Notes: a model not told the origin generated them from the sequence alone. A DNA stretch of 58,857 bases, filler included, from Sphacelaria rigidula (GCA_964200075.2; 5 parts of 5 records of this genome joined end to end with filler, not necessarily neighbours in it), one strand, 5' to 3'. Shown: positions 25,424 to 38,053, counted from the whole stretch's first letter. Program-made: numbers and translations.

Positions 25424-26334
25424 CTACAAACAGTATGGGATTTTCACAGCACGAGTGCCTTCAGAAATAATCCAGAGGATCTCGATACTGACACAAAGCC
25501 TCGAGGGAGACCGCAACGTTGAAAACCCTCTCCGATGTTGAAAACCCTTTCAAGGGAGACTCCGTAGAGGATTGCGAATGCCTAAAAATCTTCTAGTGGG
25601 GAGTTTCAAAACGGACGGCATGTTGGGAGACGTTTGGGTAGCCCACTAAAGGAATTACGAGGCAAGCCGAACGGCCGCGTGTAGTGTGTTCGATTAAAAT
25701 GCATTAATTTAACAATGAATGTCTCCTGATAACTCCAGATGAGCCCTAGGAATAGCACGGCTCAAAATGACGACACATTGAATGTTTTTAAAATGACGTT
25801 TTGTGTTGATAAAAAATCACAACAAAAATTGCGGTTGCCAGGCGGGGGAGGAGAGGGGTTCCACCTATCCAGTCTTGATGCCGTCCTGGATGTCATGATA
25901 ATGAGCGGCGCTACCAAGTTATAGGGGGAATGCACAATTAACATTATTTATTTTCGATGATAGGAAGTATACATGTTTTCGGCCGCGGACAAAAGGTACC
26001 TGCGCTTTCATTTGCATAGAACGCCCCGTGACGTGGTCGTAAAACAAAATGGACAAATAAGACAGAAGAACAATGTTTTGGGCGTATGTTTCGTTCCTGT
26101 AAGAAGTAACGAAGATCTATCTTGTCCGTTTCGACTAGACCGATGAAATTTCGAAACGCTGCTACACCTTCGTTTCAGGCAATCGCAGCTACAGTAGCGT
26201 AGCAGGCAATGGCCGTGACTCTCTCAGTGTGGTGCGACCACGCCTTGGGCAGTTGGCCTTTTCGGGTGCTTTTTGCAGGCCCATGGTATGGTGTTTGAGA
26301 ATGCCGCATTTGTTAGCCTGCCACGAGACAATGA

Positions 26335-26905
26335 GCCCCGACAGAGGCAAGCGTAAGTCACGCAAATAGCCACAACAGGCACGCAGCTTCTGCCATAATT
26401 TTACCCCACCGTGCAACCCACTGCCAGACAGTCAGCCCCGAGAGAGTCAGGCGTAAGTCACGCAAGTAGCCACAACAAGGATGCGGTTGCTACCATACTT
26501 TTACCGTATCGCGCAACTCAATGCCATGGAGGTGAGTTAACCGGCGTTGGGCTACAATATGTTCATGGTTGACGCATTTTACAACTATCGCTACCCCTAA
26601 CCCTAACCCCAACCCAAGGCATACCGAGAACCGTCGGTGAGAGAGGCAAGCGTAAGTCACGCAGAACCCCAAAATAAGCGCTTACTGCCACAATTTTACC
26701 GTATACCGTGCAACCCACTGCCGCGAGGCAGTCAACCGGGAGAGAGGCAAACATACGTCATGCAAATAGCTGGAGCAAGCAGTTACTGCCGGAATTTGAC
26801 CGTACCGTGCAACTCACTGCCACAAGAAAGTCAGCTCCGTGAGAGGCAGGCGTAAGTCATGCAAACAACCACAACGGGCAGCTGCTGCCGTGGTATTACC
26901 GTACT
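26335..26905 (+). repeat. 100-bp tandem repeat (5 units) interrupted by a ~100-bp insertion
   Basis: GCGTAAGTCACGCA-like anchor at 26351, 26451, 26650, 26751 and 26850. Confidence 0.85.
26540..26638 (+). mobile_element. ~100-bp insertion with telomere-like (CCCTAA)n and short imperfect TIRs
   Basis: ACCGGCGTT...CCCCTAACCCTAACCCCAACCCAAGGCATACCGAGAACCGTCGGT splits repeat unit 2; terminus shared with 11373-11391. Confidence 0.6.
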
Positions 26906-29393
26906 TCGCCACTCACAAGCCCACCAATCTCGCTACGACCTCTACTGCTGTACATGTACAGTCTCTCGGCAACTATTCCCCTACAATCTACGCAAGAAGG
27001 AACTCAAGCCCTAGCACGTAACTTAGATGGCACCCAGCACCAACAGAGTAAATGTGACGTTGCATTGTTGAGCATACGTGAAATAGGCTGAGAATCCCCA
27101 TTCGCTCGATTTTGACTCTGGCACCAAGGGTCTATTTCTACCCACTCTAATAGCAAGTAAATAATCCATCCTCTGAGCATCTTGATTTCATTATGGTTCC
27201 CATATCACCCGAACATCTCCAACACACCAACACCCGCTTACGAAGAAATTACTGCGCGGAACCGTCGACCGGGGAGTTTGAAAATTTTACCAAATCGAGG
27301 CTTGCTCTCATCAAGTCAAGCTATGTGCTTCGTTTCTGAATAAACTTTTACCTTTTTTTCTGGGCTTTTTTTGCATAAGAATAAATACTGCTGAACGGGT
27401 CACGACCTCGACGACCGTCGGGGGGCGTTCTTACGTCTGATAGGATTTCGAAATTCTATATACCCACAAACCGAGAAACAAGACACACGAGCAACTTCAA
27501 CACGCGAGAAGTAGCGAGGGCAAAAGTAGCGAGGGCAAACACGCGAGAAGTAGCGAGGGTGTATCTTGTCATTATTTGTCTTGCTCGGCGAGAATAAACG
27601 GCGGAATTGAGAACGTCCGATCTGCTAAGTACACGTCGTTCATGTTCCGAAATATATACTACTTTATGTTCCTTGTTTCTGCGCGATCTACCTACTAAAA
27701 AGGTTCAAAACAGTCGTCCTGGGTTTTTCGAGCGAGAATACGGCGCAAAGAATTAGCATGCCGATCTCAGATTAACGTTCAGCAGTTGTGATGTGCCATC
27801 GTTAGAAACGTGCACGGTTCGAACGAATCATCGCCCGTTCGAATGACCAATCCATGATTTATCAGACCTGGTTGCTCGAAAAAGTTTTTTTTTTTTTTAA
27901 ACGTTGACCGCTGATCAAAAAGGTTTCGGCGCGATTTTTGCGCCATTCCACGTGCCGGGGCTGCGTGTGCCTGGGTTGCAACGCTGGTAAGACTGCTTGA
28001 GGATTGATTCGTACGGTACGAATCAAACCCACTAAAATCAAGTGATTTCCAGACGAATCATCAATTCGTCCGACCCTTGGAAACGTGTGCTCGACATTTC
28101 ATATACCCGGGCACCTACAGGCACTCAGCCTCGATGCCTGGCATCTTCAGGGGTAGCCGTTGTCCACCTCAATTCGACATACTCTTCTCAGGGGCATTGA
28201 TGGGATATTGGGCGAGCAGTGGCCACCGGCGTGGACTTTCGTCGAGAGCTTTTGTAATCAAAGTTGGTTCGAAGTGATGCATTTGTCGCAACAAAATGTT
28301 GCTTCAGTTCTTGGCCAATTGACATAAAACCAACCATGTAATCAATGAGTTCATTGAGAAGAACGGTCTGAACTCTCGGGCGCTTCATCGGGAGCAGTGT
28401 ATGTCGTGATCACCGTGTGAAAACTATTAAGGTGTGGGAGGGGGTGCTATTTGCCGTTAGTTGCTAACATCCACCGTATTTCCTCTTTCGTTATGTACTT
28501 TCAAATTCTCTCAGACCCAAACCACACAAAACGAAGGAATGTGCGCTGAATCAAGCACGTCCGCCACTTTTTTGTCCGCACAGGTTTTCTTGATGAGACA
28601 CGCCGTGGTAGTCACAGACAAAGAACAATGTGTTCCAACAGAACAGCAGTGGCACCAATCGTCAGCACGCGAGCGGCAGCCGATGCTGCTGCGGAACAGT
28701 GTATAAAACTGCGTATCGGCATGCCTACAGAATATAGCGATAGCGGCGTCTTACAGTACAGCACAGTTTACAGTATACCATACACTACTGCAGTGTGCAC
28801 CACCCATACTGCTGTACGCAATTCTTCATTGCGGGCGCAAAATGACACCCTTATTGCGATACGGTATGCAAGTCGATGAATGAGACCAGTACTGTATACA
28901 TATCATCTTTACTTGCGGCACTGCGCGAGCCAGGCGTTATTTTTTTCTATGGCGTGGTGATATGATCCCGGCGGGCAAGGCGAAGCGGGCGGCAAACAGC
29001 GGGTAAGACGGAAACACCCGCCTACGACCCGCTGACTGGAACGGCATGGCCATCGACTCGTGCGCAATCGGGGCAGATGTATGTAGAGAAGGCTTCACAG
29101 CTGCTTACGGGTGAAGAACCGATTGCCTCGAATCGCGGTGCAGATACATACGGATCATACCACTCTGCGGTACAAGTCAGTCGTGACAGCGAAAGGGGAA
29201 GAGATGAGTGAACCGTACATATATGTTTTGTATGCTGTCTACTGTATTGTGGTGGCCCATGTACAGTGCTGCTGTACAAAAATGTACCGCAAACTGTGCT
29301 ATCGTACAGGCAGTATAGAAACCACTACACTGCAGCAGTGAAGATCGTCAGATGAATACTGCGGACGCCCTAGTCCAGTACGAAGCTACTCAC

Positions 29394-29496
29394 CTGCTGC
29401 GACTTGCGCAAACCCCGCCACCGTGCCTGATGTGATGTCCTTCAAAGCCGCCAAACCTTCCCCGCCGCCGCCGCCATTTGAATTCTCCGATACCAT
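29394..29496 (-). CDS. First coding exon of a mitochondrial carrier (SLC25), carnitine/acylcarnitine- or basic-amino-acid-carrier-like
   Basis: GCAGCCATGG start context. MVSENSNGGGGGEGLAALKDITSGTVAGFAQVAA(G) then donor G|GTGAGT exactly before the expected HP(F/L)DT signature. Resembles the KDxxxGTVxGxAQxxxGHPFDT start of BOU/SLC25A20-type carriers. Not present in the ORF track. Confidence 0.8.
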
Positions 29497-30381
29497 GGCT
29501 GCTGTCCAGCTGGCTACTCTGTGTGTACGCAGCAGGAAACCCGCGCACGTGGGTTATCCCTGTATTTATCGCCTTAGGATCCGGAGTTTTGTGTCTGTCT
29601 CTGGTCGTCAAGTCTGGGCCGGCCGTGCGTGATGTAAGCGCTGTAGGCTGTTATCGAGAACGTTTTACTGAAGTTCAGAAGCTGCACCAACGTCTTGCGT
29701 TTGGTTCTCTGTTCTGTAGTTGCACCCCCATAAAGATCAACAAAATCACGTCAATCACAAATCAAACTTTTCCGTTTCGAATTTTGCGCAGTAGAGGTAC
29801 GCTGTCGAGCAGAAACAAGAAGAAATAGTATAGGAAAACGACAGCGTGGACGAAGAACGGCAGACACACAGCCTTGCATCCGATACAAATATGTACTGCC
29901 AGCACTGTAAGTTCAGCCAGTACACAACAAGTGCAGTGGCGGGGAATACCGACCGAGTTACTCCGAACGTGCGGTGGGTTCCAGTCAAATGCGGTGGGTT
30001 AAGTAACGGTTGGCTGCGATCAAAGATGCACTCTACGAGCACTCGTACCTGGTACGAGTATCCTCTATCCTTCAGCATACATCGCGATACATCATTTGTG
30101 AACGAGAGGCAACGAAACGAAGCATGATCCGACGCAAAACGTTTCGCACCTCGGATCGTTTATCGAACATGACAACCAACAGATAACAGACAGAAAGCTG
30201 TTCCCGCGGCCGACAAAACTCTCATCAAACAGCTGACGAAAACGACACGCGCAATTGAAACGCAACTGATATCTTGACAACCACATCAAACAGAGGCGGA
30301 ACGCCTCTAAGCCCAAGGTAACCAAAAGGTCTATACGCGCAAATAAGGGGGGATCAAAGGAATAAACCCCATGCACCTAGG

Positions 30382-31095
30382 GTGAAGACGGTAACTTGCC
30401 ATGAGAAACCAGGAGGACATCCTCAACAGGTGTGGATGAATACTTTTCAATCAAGCTGCTACTATTATGCTGCCTCAGTATCACTAGGGGCTCATTCACG
30501 CAAAGGAGCGCGACGGAAATGGTTCGTCTACGGCGAAGAGGTTAACGACGCACACGAATGGGTCACACTGCAACCAAGAACGTGCGCAACGGGAATCTTG
30601 GGTTCGAGAAAGGGGCGGAAGAGTTTGAGGGAACATGGCGACGCGAAGACAAGCGCGAATCGGACCGCCACCGCAAACTAGAGGCTGCTGCGTTGAGAGC
30701 CGCCAATCGGCGACTACCCTCGCTAGCATAGCAAAAGCAACAGCTTGCAGGGAATCCAAGATAGAAATGACCGAGGTCGAGGAGGATCCGCTTTGTACGA
30801 GACAAACGATGAATGCGAGAAATGGAGCTAACACGAAAACTGATATGCCCCTGTCTTCCCCTACAAATTGTATCGGTTGTTAATTTCGTCCCGAGTTGGT
30901 GGGTTTGTGGTACTCCCTCACGTGCGTTTTATGTTTTATATATTAGGATACTCTGTCTGTTCTACATTTTTTCTGTTTTCTTCTCTTCTCTTCAGGAACC
31001 AAGTGTCCGGTTTGTTTCACCTCGGGTACGCCTCTATCATGTGGCCACGCCTTGATCCCTGGGGGATCAGTGAAGGTGCGACAATAAAGCAATAA
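30382..31095 (+). mobile_element. Decayed 3' fragment of an RTE-like LINE with 3' UTR
   Basis: Peptide remnants KPGGHPQQVWMNTFQS and EKGAEEFEGTWRREDKRESDRHRKLEA resemble RTE ORF C-termini. Ends GGGGATCAGT...CAATAAAGCAATAA; a similar end lies near 24010. Confidence 0.5.
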
Positions 31096-31444
31096 GATCA
31101 TCGAGGCAACGCGGATCACTCAGACCGAAGTTCAGATGTCGCTCACTGCGGCGCCGAACGTGTAGAGTTACGTGCCTCAGTAGGTCCGTTTCTTTTGCCA
31201 CGAAAAGAGTTTCCAAACTAAACTAGTTGGGAGATTCAGCGGCCATTTTTGCCGGAATACGGGGCATGATGGATTGTACCACCTCGTAAAACTTGGCTGT
31301 TGTACTCTTCAAGAAGGTTCCAACACACTCTTCTAATCTTTCGTACGCTTAGTTTGTTTTTTGACCCGACAAACAATCCTCAAGCGACGTAGAAAAATGT
31401 GTATTTTTCGAGATCGATACGACTTTGTTTTGGGAGAAGATTCT

Positions 31445-31660
31445 AGCAGAGTTGGGAATGTACGCACTTGAAAAAAACAGAGACATGATAAAACTGCGAT
31501 GGCAATATAGCGTAAAGAACACAGAACACGAGAAAGAGATTCCCGACTATAGTTGATAAGGCTGTATGGAAGAGAATTACGAAAGGGCAGGCTGGAATAA
31601 GGTGGGATAAAGAAGCAGAGAAAGTATGGAAGGAGATAGGAGGAAACCAAGACGAACTCC
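31445..31660 (+). mobile_element. Internal fragment of LINE family A
   Basis: GCAGAGTTGGGAATG...TGGCAATATAGCGTAAAG...GAGAAAGTATGGAAGGAGAT...AACCAAGACGA matches 21026-21215. Confidence 0.85.
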
Positions 31661-33049
31661 TGTACGCACCTTTCTTATCTTTCGTGCGCCCAGTTTGACT
31701 TTGGCCGGGACTTTTTTTTCCAAAAAGCCGAACAAGACGTTTCTCTGACATCGGTATGTGGTTTTTGCGAAAACGTGGAGGTTGTCGTGCGTGGTTTGAT
31801 TAATCGTTTGTCTGAGCAGAATTTAAACTGAACGTACCGAAGATCGGGAAATTGCGCTAGAAACCTCATGTAGTACATCAAGTCCTTCAGACGTGGAACG
31901 ATCCGGTAGGCGCTGTATTCCGACGAAAATTGTCCCTGAATCACCAGATTTGTTTTTTTGGAGAGAGTTTTTATTCGTAGCGATATTAATAGAAGCGGCC
32001 GAAGGCATGGAGTAAGGCGTCGCACATAGCGCGTTGTGCATCTCTGACTCAGATAAATTACAGTCACAACTGGGGGACGGCTCAGTACTTATTTCACCAA
32101 AAACAAACTGCGGCGAGAATGTTAGAGAATCAAGTTGCGAGTTAGGTTCGTTCGGGTAATATGAAATGACTAGTTGTAGTGGTTTGAAATGAGTGACAGC
32201 TGTACGTTGTAGTGGTTTAGAGCACACCAGATGAAGCCAGTAGCTCCAGTTCAGAGTAGATATGGATTTGGCAGTCTGTCTGTGGTACTGACTTGTATAG
32301 GAAAAATGTTGGGATACGGCGCCCAGCGCGGGTCAGAATGATATATCTCCTGGAATATTCAGGCTGGTCCGGCGAAGAAATGCAAGGTTACGTCCGGGAA
32401 AAGATTTCCCCACGCATACAAAGCAGATCAACGCAACAAACAAAGCAGCGCGAGAAAGAAGGGAGCAAGGCAGCTTGCCTGTCCACAGCAATCACTATTG
32501 ATCCTAACGAAGATTCGCGAAACTGGCTTACTTGCGGAAAAGCAGTGGTTCTTTCCGCACTGGACGCAGTCAAAAACAGGCCTGAAAATCTCGAGGGGCG
32601 TGACTGAAACATATGACTGAACCACGTTACACGTACACGACCCAACTCGTTCAAACACGCGCAAACACCCAGAGCACGAGGCATCACTCCTAGCGCTAGC
32701 TCTTGCTCATCTACATACGACGTTGCTTGTTCCACGGGAATCCGTACGGTATTGGAGGGGGGCGGTTGTGTGTGTGTCACGAAAGTTGCTAACGATGGAG
32801 TTGTTGATCTTTTAATGGGTGTGATGAAGGGCGTCCGCCGCAGACAGAAACCATCGTGTCTCACTCATTTCTGAATCGATTTGCCCAGATCCATACACAT
32901 CGTACGTAGTTGACTAACAGATGCGCCTCGATCTATTCGTTGCCTATCGTGGGACAGTACAGTAGGATCAGAAGTTGAGGTTTGCTTGTGATCGGGTCCG
33001 GGCTGTGCGGCAGGTGTCTACAACAGCAAGATCCATTGCGCCGCTGGTT

Positions 33050-33610
33050 TATGTCGACCATTGACCATACACCCCTTTCGAGACGAAGCACCGTTCGTAC
33101 TTATGATAGAGACACCTCCAACATTTGAGCTCTCATTATGTTTCTTCCATACACTACACGAAATTTTTTCACATATTTGTTCCCGTCCTGTTTCGCCGTC
33201 TGTGGCCACCATCTCCTAACATAACCATCAGCTTCTCACTAATGTCTGGTGTGCCAAATGATCCCATGCCACCTTTGTTTACCGCCCATATTTTCCCCTC
33301 TAACGCGGCCTGTTCCTCCTTGTATAGTTCCCATTATGCCAGTATATTACTTCTACTCTCTATTGCTGTGCCACAGGGGCAGTTCTATTAATCTACTACC
33401 TCCTTCACCCGACTTCTGGTGCACCTCATCCTCTCTGGCAGGTGCAGGTCCCCCACCCGAAATCACATTTCAACTTTCTTCGCTTTGTCCATTGAGCCGC
33501 ACAGATGTGTCTTCATCCCTACCCTCTGTCTCAACTCCCTGTATATGTTCTTCCTCTTCTACTTTCCGTCTTCGCGCTCGCGTTCCCCATATTTATATAA
33601 TGTAACTTAC
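33050..33610 (-). mobile_element. 3' fragment of LINE family A
   Basis: Reverse complement matches 21270-21850 (GGGTGGGGGACCTGCACCTGCCAGA, GATGGTGGCCACAGACGGCGAAACAG, TGGTCAATGGTC). Confidence 0.85.
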
Positions 33611-33821
33611 TTTTGTCGTGTACCTCCACATACACGGCGGGGGAAAGTATCGCCGGGCCAAGGTCGTAGGGAAGAAAGGATATGGTACAGCAGCCCGAAG
33701 AGACGAGGGCTTCGGAGAAAAAGAGACAGATGGCACTTAACCCTTGGACCGCGAGGTTAGTCTTCTGTTGAATCGGCATCAATTTCAAGTGAAAAAAAGT
33801 ATGCATGATCCAGAAAGACTG

Positions 33822-34215
33822 ATCTCACGGTCTAATGGTTAAGCAGTGGCTGAACGCCGACGACGCTGGCATTTTGTCGAGGTCACAGGCGAGCCGCGCC
33901 AAGAAAGGTTAATCCCGTGGTTCAAACCCCCGAGCGTCGGGATTCCTTCTTTTCAGGGGTACTCGGACCGTTCCGCACGGTGAGTAATCATCACCCTGGA
34001 AGAAAGAAGCACATATAGTCTGCTTATACCATGGCGAGTTGGGCGAGCAGCGCCACTGACAGAGTTGGGCAGAGCGGCGTTGATTACAGGGGTGGCAACC
34101 CTGGGGTGAAACTGGGTCCGATGGCTCAACAGCCTGAGGGGCCCCGGGATTAGCTTTGGTGAAGATGTTACAGATGCCACTGAGCTAAAGAGTTAGCGCT
34201 GACTATTTAGATTAG
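33822..34215 (+). mobile_element. Putative tRNA-headed SINE
   Basis: A-box-like GGTCTAATGGTT (33828) and B-box GGTTCAAACCC (33919), followed by a body ending GATGTTACAGATGCCACTGAG..TATTTAGATTAG. Single copy in this window. Confidence 0.4.
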
Positions 34216-34538
34216 TGGTATCTGTGACGTCTTGACGCTCAATCATTTTTTTCGTCATTTTTGACAGAAGAAACACATGTCTACCGCCGTGTATTGGTGC
34301 GTTCAATGAGTACTACGCATACTATGGTTGGAGAATAATTATTTTCAAGATTCCAACGCATAGGGCATTTTAACTCCTCGTTGCGTTACCTCCTTGTACC
34401 CCTTTAAATTATGTACTTATTTGCATGTATATATATATATATATGTGTGTGTGTACGTGTTTGTTAGGCGTTCACTCCTCCTTGCGTCATCTTCTTGTAT
34501 TACTTTTGAAATTACGTGTTTTTATGTATATAACGGTT

Positions 34539-34650
34539 GGTCACCCCGGTGGCCCAGTTGGTAACCTCGAATCCTTCCGACGGTTGGGTCGTGGGTTCGA
34601 TTCTCGGTGACGTCACACGATCTGGGAAATTTTCTTACACCATGCCCAAC
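34539..34650 (+). mobile_element. tRNA-derived SINE head, copy 1
   Basis: A box TGGCCCAGTTGG and B box GGTTCGATTCT. Homologous to 46909-47010, including sequence 3' of the tRNA-like part. Confidence 0.7.
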
Positions 34651-34998
34651 AGAAGAGGGGAATTAGTGACCTCTAGAGAGATTTCATATCGTGTTGAATC
34701 CTCCAAAGTGCACATAGCCCCTCTAGGGGGGCTCCATCTCCCTCCCTCTAGAGTGACGTTGAGTGGTGGGCTATTGCTCTAGTGGTCTATAATCCTTGTG
34801 TGTGTGTGTGGGGGGGGGGTTACTATTCAGCCTCCAGAGGTATTATGCGCCTCCAGAGTCTTTTTCTCTCTCCAGAGGAGACAATTTTCGTGTGGAGGGA
34901 CTTTTGGCGGTAGCCAAATGGCCGAGGGTAATCAAAATCATCATGTCTTGTTCTAGTTTCGCCAATAATGGGTGATGTCGCGATACCTCCATTCCCTC

Positions 34999-35212
34999 TA
35001 CTGGTCCGGCGAAAACCCGGCGTGCTCCGTCTCGGCTTTGTAGGGATGCGAGGCACATGGTCCCATGACTATGGCATGCAAGCTCAGGAGTACCCCCCCC
35101 CCCTTCCCCCCCCCAGAGTGTTCCGTCCCGGTTTTGTAGGGATGCGAGGTCAACGGTCTTATGACTATGGCATGCATGATCATGAGTTCAATACACCACC
35201 CTCCCCCCCCCG
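34999..35212 (+). mobile_element. Two tandem family-B retroposon tails, each ending in a C-run
   Basis: TTTGTAGGGATGCGAGG...ATGACTATGGCATGCA...GAGT..CCCC occurs twice. Confidence 0.78.
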
Positions 35213-35277
35213 ACTTTTTGGGAAGTAGATAGACAGAATTGCCCCTGTGGCAAAGCAATAGAGAGCAGGAGTCATAT

Positions 35278-35377
35278 NNNNNNNNNNNNNNNNNNNNNNN
35301 NNNNNNNNNNNNNNNNNNNNNTTAATTAATTAANNNNNNNNNNNNNNNNNNNNNNNNNNNNNNNNNNNNNNNNNNNN
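35278..35377. other. Artificial contig-join spacer
   Basis: 44 N + TTAATTAATTAA + 44 N. Confidence 0.97.
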
Positions 35378-35564
35378 CTAGTTGAGGCGGTTCCAGGACA
35401 TCTTCCCGTTTTCTGGTGGCCACAGTTTCCATTTTGGCCAAACAAACCATTTTTTTCTGGACTTGACCGTTTTTTACCGTTCCCGGACAACAGTTCTTGT
35501 TTGGCGAAAATGGAAACTGTGGCCACCAGAGAACGGGAATACGTCCTGGAACCGCCTCAACTAG
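35378..35564. mobile_element. ~185-bp hairpin MITE with ~68-bp TIRs, TA/CTAG flanks
   Basis: CTAGTTGAGGCGGTTCCAGGAC...TCTGGTGGCCACAGTTTCCATTTT pairs with AAAATGGAAACTGTGGCCACCAGA...GTCCTGGAACCGCCTCAACTAG. Confidence 0.85.
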
Positions 35565-36045
35565 TTGAGTAAGTCATTCCAAGGTGTCAATTTTCGTCTA
35601 GCTCTCTTTTGGGGCGTAAAACGACGTAAAAGCTCCAGAAAGACACTTTTCCAGATTTTTTTTTCTGTCTATTATAAGGAGCGGCCTAGCTTGACACATG
35701 GATCCGCACATCACTCACGGCATGGCTCTCTTGTTTTTTCCGTGATAAATTTGAGGCCATAGTGCTGATCATTTGTCGCTGTTTTGATGTTTGTTTACTG
35801 TACGTTATTCTGATCGTCACAGGTGACAAACCTGTACCGAGCATTTGCGTTGACTGGCGCTGGGTCTAGAGCACAGACCGGGAGGGGCAGGGGACCAGAC
35901 GAAACTCTTCGACAGGTGACGTTAGCTTGGTTGTGTAGGAATGGCAAGCAACTGTAGGTAGTATAGTGCCTTCTCAGGCCCTGCCACACTTGTGGAATTT
36001 CCGCATTGGTGTTTGATCATGTCCTGCTCCGATTGCTCCCTACAG

Positions 36046-36096
36046 GGCGAAGTGAAAGCTGACACATACCTTTTCCTCGCAGATGTTGACATTCAA
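36046..36096 (+). CDS. Putative internal exon of unknown protein (GEVKADTYLFLADVDIQ)
   Basis: Acceptor CTCCCTACAG|, weak donor CAA|GTATTA; phase 0 fits the next exon. Confidence 0.45.
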
Positions 36097-36550
36097 GTAT
36101 TATTTATAAACAGTACGCTTGGGGGTATCCGGTTAATCTCCCGGTGCGTTTGTCCTACTTTATTTTTGAAGTCGCGATTGGTCATGATGCATGATGCATC
36201 ATGTATTTACAAGAGTGTGTTCCGAGTCCTCCACACCACAGAATACAAAGTCCAAAGTGTACCGCGTACAGTATCGACTATTGCGCCTATTGTAATAGAC
36301 AGGAGATTCCATACTGTACGCAATACATTTTTTTACAATATAATATTTTGTCCAGGGTGTGGAGTATTCCCATCAAAACAGCGATTAAGTGCGACGTTCG
36401 GAATTTTGAAGATGAACCTCGAGTAATTTTCCCGTCATAAACTTCTATGTTTTGTTGTTGACGGTACGAGGACACGTCCTTTCGTGCTTGTTCTTCTCTT
36501 TATCACGTTCCGTTCCTTACTATTCGCGTTCTGCTGTCTGCCCTCGACAG

Positions 36551-36685
36551 AAATTGTTGTCCTTGCCGGGCGTGCAAGAGTCGGATGTTGTAGGCATGGA
36601 GGACGTACTCACCGACCCCGGCTCTGAACTTCGTTCGCGGAAAGAGGCAATGCGGGATGTGCTGCGGAGAGCGACGACGGTGGTG
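36551..36685 (+). CDS. Internal exon of unknown protein (KLLSLPGVQESD...LRRATTVV)
   Basis: Pyrimidine tract plus CGACAG| acceptor, GTG|GTGAGT donor, 45 open codons, phase 0. Confidence 0.7.
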
Positions 36686-36929
36686 GTGAGTAATCTGTGC
36701 AGTATTGTATGTCTGTTTTCTTGTTGTTGACCCTTCGAACTCGTACAGTTTCTGCCCGAGATGTTGTCCGTCGATAGTCCAGCAATTTTTTTAGTATGAC
36801 TTTTTAGGCTTAGGATCATGCGAAGTAGACATGGGGGCGTTCAGGAGGAACGACAGGTAAACTTGAGGGAAAAATCCAGTTTGAAGTAACAGCCTTTCCC
36901 CATAATTAAGGACTGATGAGTGAAACAGT

Positions 36930-37005
36930 AGGGGGGGGAGGGGGGCTACTCAGTTATCACTTGCCTTAGTCATTTGACCGTCGACCACGCATCCCTTTCG
37001 ACACG
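36930..37005 (-). mobile_element. Family-A poly(C) retroposon tail within an intron
   Basis: G-run + CTACTCAGTTATCACTTGCCTTAGTCATTTGACCGTCGACCACGCATCCCTTTCGA is the reverse complement of the LINE 3' end. Confidence 0.7.
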
Positions 37006-37463
37006 AAAGTAATAGCGGGGGAATAGCATGGCACAAACTTGTCAGGCGCGGTGAGCGGGGAGACGTGAAGAAATGAAGACGTATTGCTCAACCTGGTGAT
37101 GCTTGTGTAGTCAATTCCAACGGTTTGTTGGAAGGGGGTGCCGTTCGGAGGTGTGCAGCCATTGCTCGAACACGATCCCGGATGTGCGTATCATGGATTG
37201 AAATGGGACAAGTCCCCGATGCTTCCTTTAACCGTTGCACGACTCTGCGCTCATGATTTTTTGCCGTCGCCCTCGGCTGCGAATACTCTGCAACGATTAC
37301 GGCAGATACATGAAGAGGTAAATAGATCACGTCACATGGGCCCGTACTGATAACTTTTGCCATCTTGTGGTTTTCGAGCCTGCCTTGAAATGCGGTCGTC
37401 TGATGAAACATCAAACACGAAACGGATGTTCCACCAAAGCTTTCATCTTTCACCTTTTGGCAG

Positions 37464-37558
37464 AGCGCGGCTCAGGGCAGCACTGAGAGCAGCTCAAGCA
37501 CCTTTTGGAAAGAAAACAAGTCACAAGGCGGAGGGAAAGGCCAGGGGAAAAGTAGCAG
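37464..37558 (+). CDS. Internal exon of same protein (SAAQGSTESSSSTFWKENKSQGGGKGQGKSS)
   Basis: TTTTGGCAG| acceptor and CAG|GTAACG donor; 95 nt, phase 0 to phase 2. Confidence 0.68.
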
Positions 37559-38053
37559 GTAACGTCCAAGTACATCAAGTGCTGGTGTTTTGTGTAAGTT
37601 AGTTGATGTCGAGTGTCGTCCCAAAATTTTAGTATCAGGTTGGCCAGTTTTCGTTACAAGCTGCTGTCGCCAATTTACCTTTATGTGCAGCCGATGAGCC
37701 TGCTGTCCCCCAGTCTGTTTGGCGGTTCAATGCCGTGGAGTCGAATTCGGCGCCCATGTTGCTCTGCCACCATCGACGCGTGGAGTGTTTTCGCGTGTTG
37801 TACAATATAGTTGCTTTAGCATGATTTCGTCTGTTTCCTTGATGCGTCGTATTTTTTTGACGCCGATATGGCGCAGTACATGCTCACAGTCTGTCACAGT
37901 GGGAGAAGGGGCACTGCAGTAGACGGTTTTGGTGGCGCATGGTTGGGTTGTTTCGTTTGCTTGCTTGCTTGCTACTTGCTTGCTTGCTACTCACTGTGGC
38001 TACTTCTCCTGCCACTTTCTGCTGCTGTTGTTAATATTTTCGCCTTTGCTCAG

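Noticed and set aside
34539..34612. Functional tRNA genes here and at 46909 and 33822
   Set aside because: A/B boxes are present, but acceptor and anticodon stems are poor, and for the 34539/46909 pair homology extends beyond the tRNA part. Treated as SINE heads.
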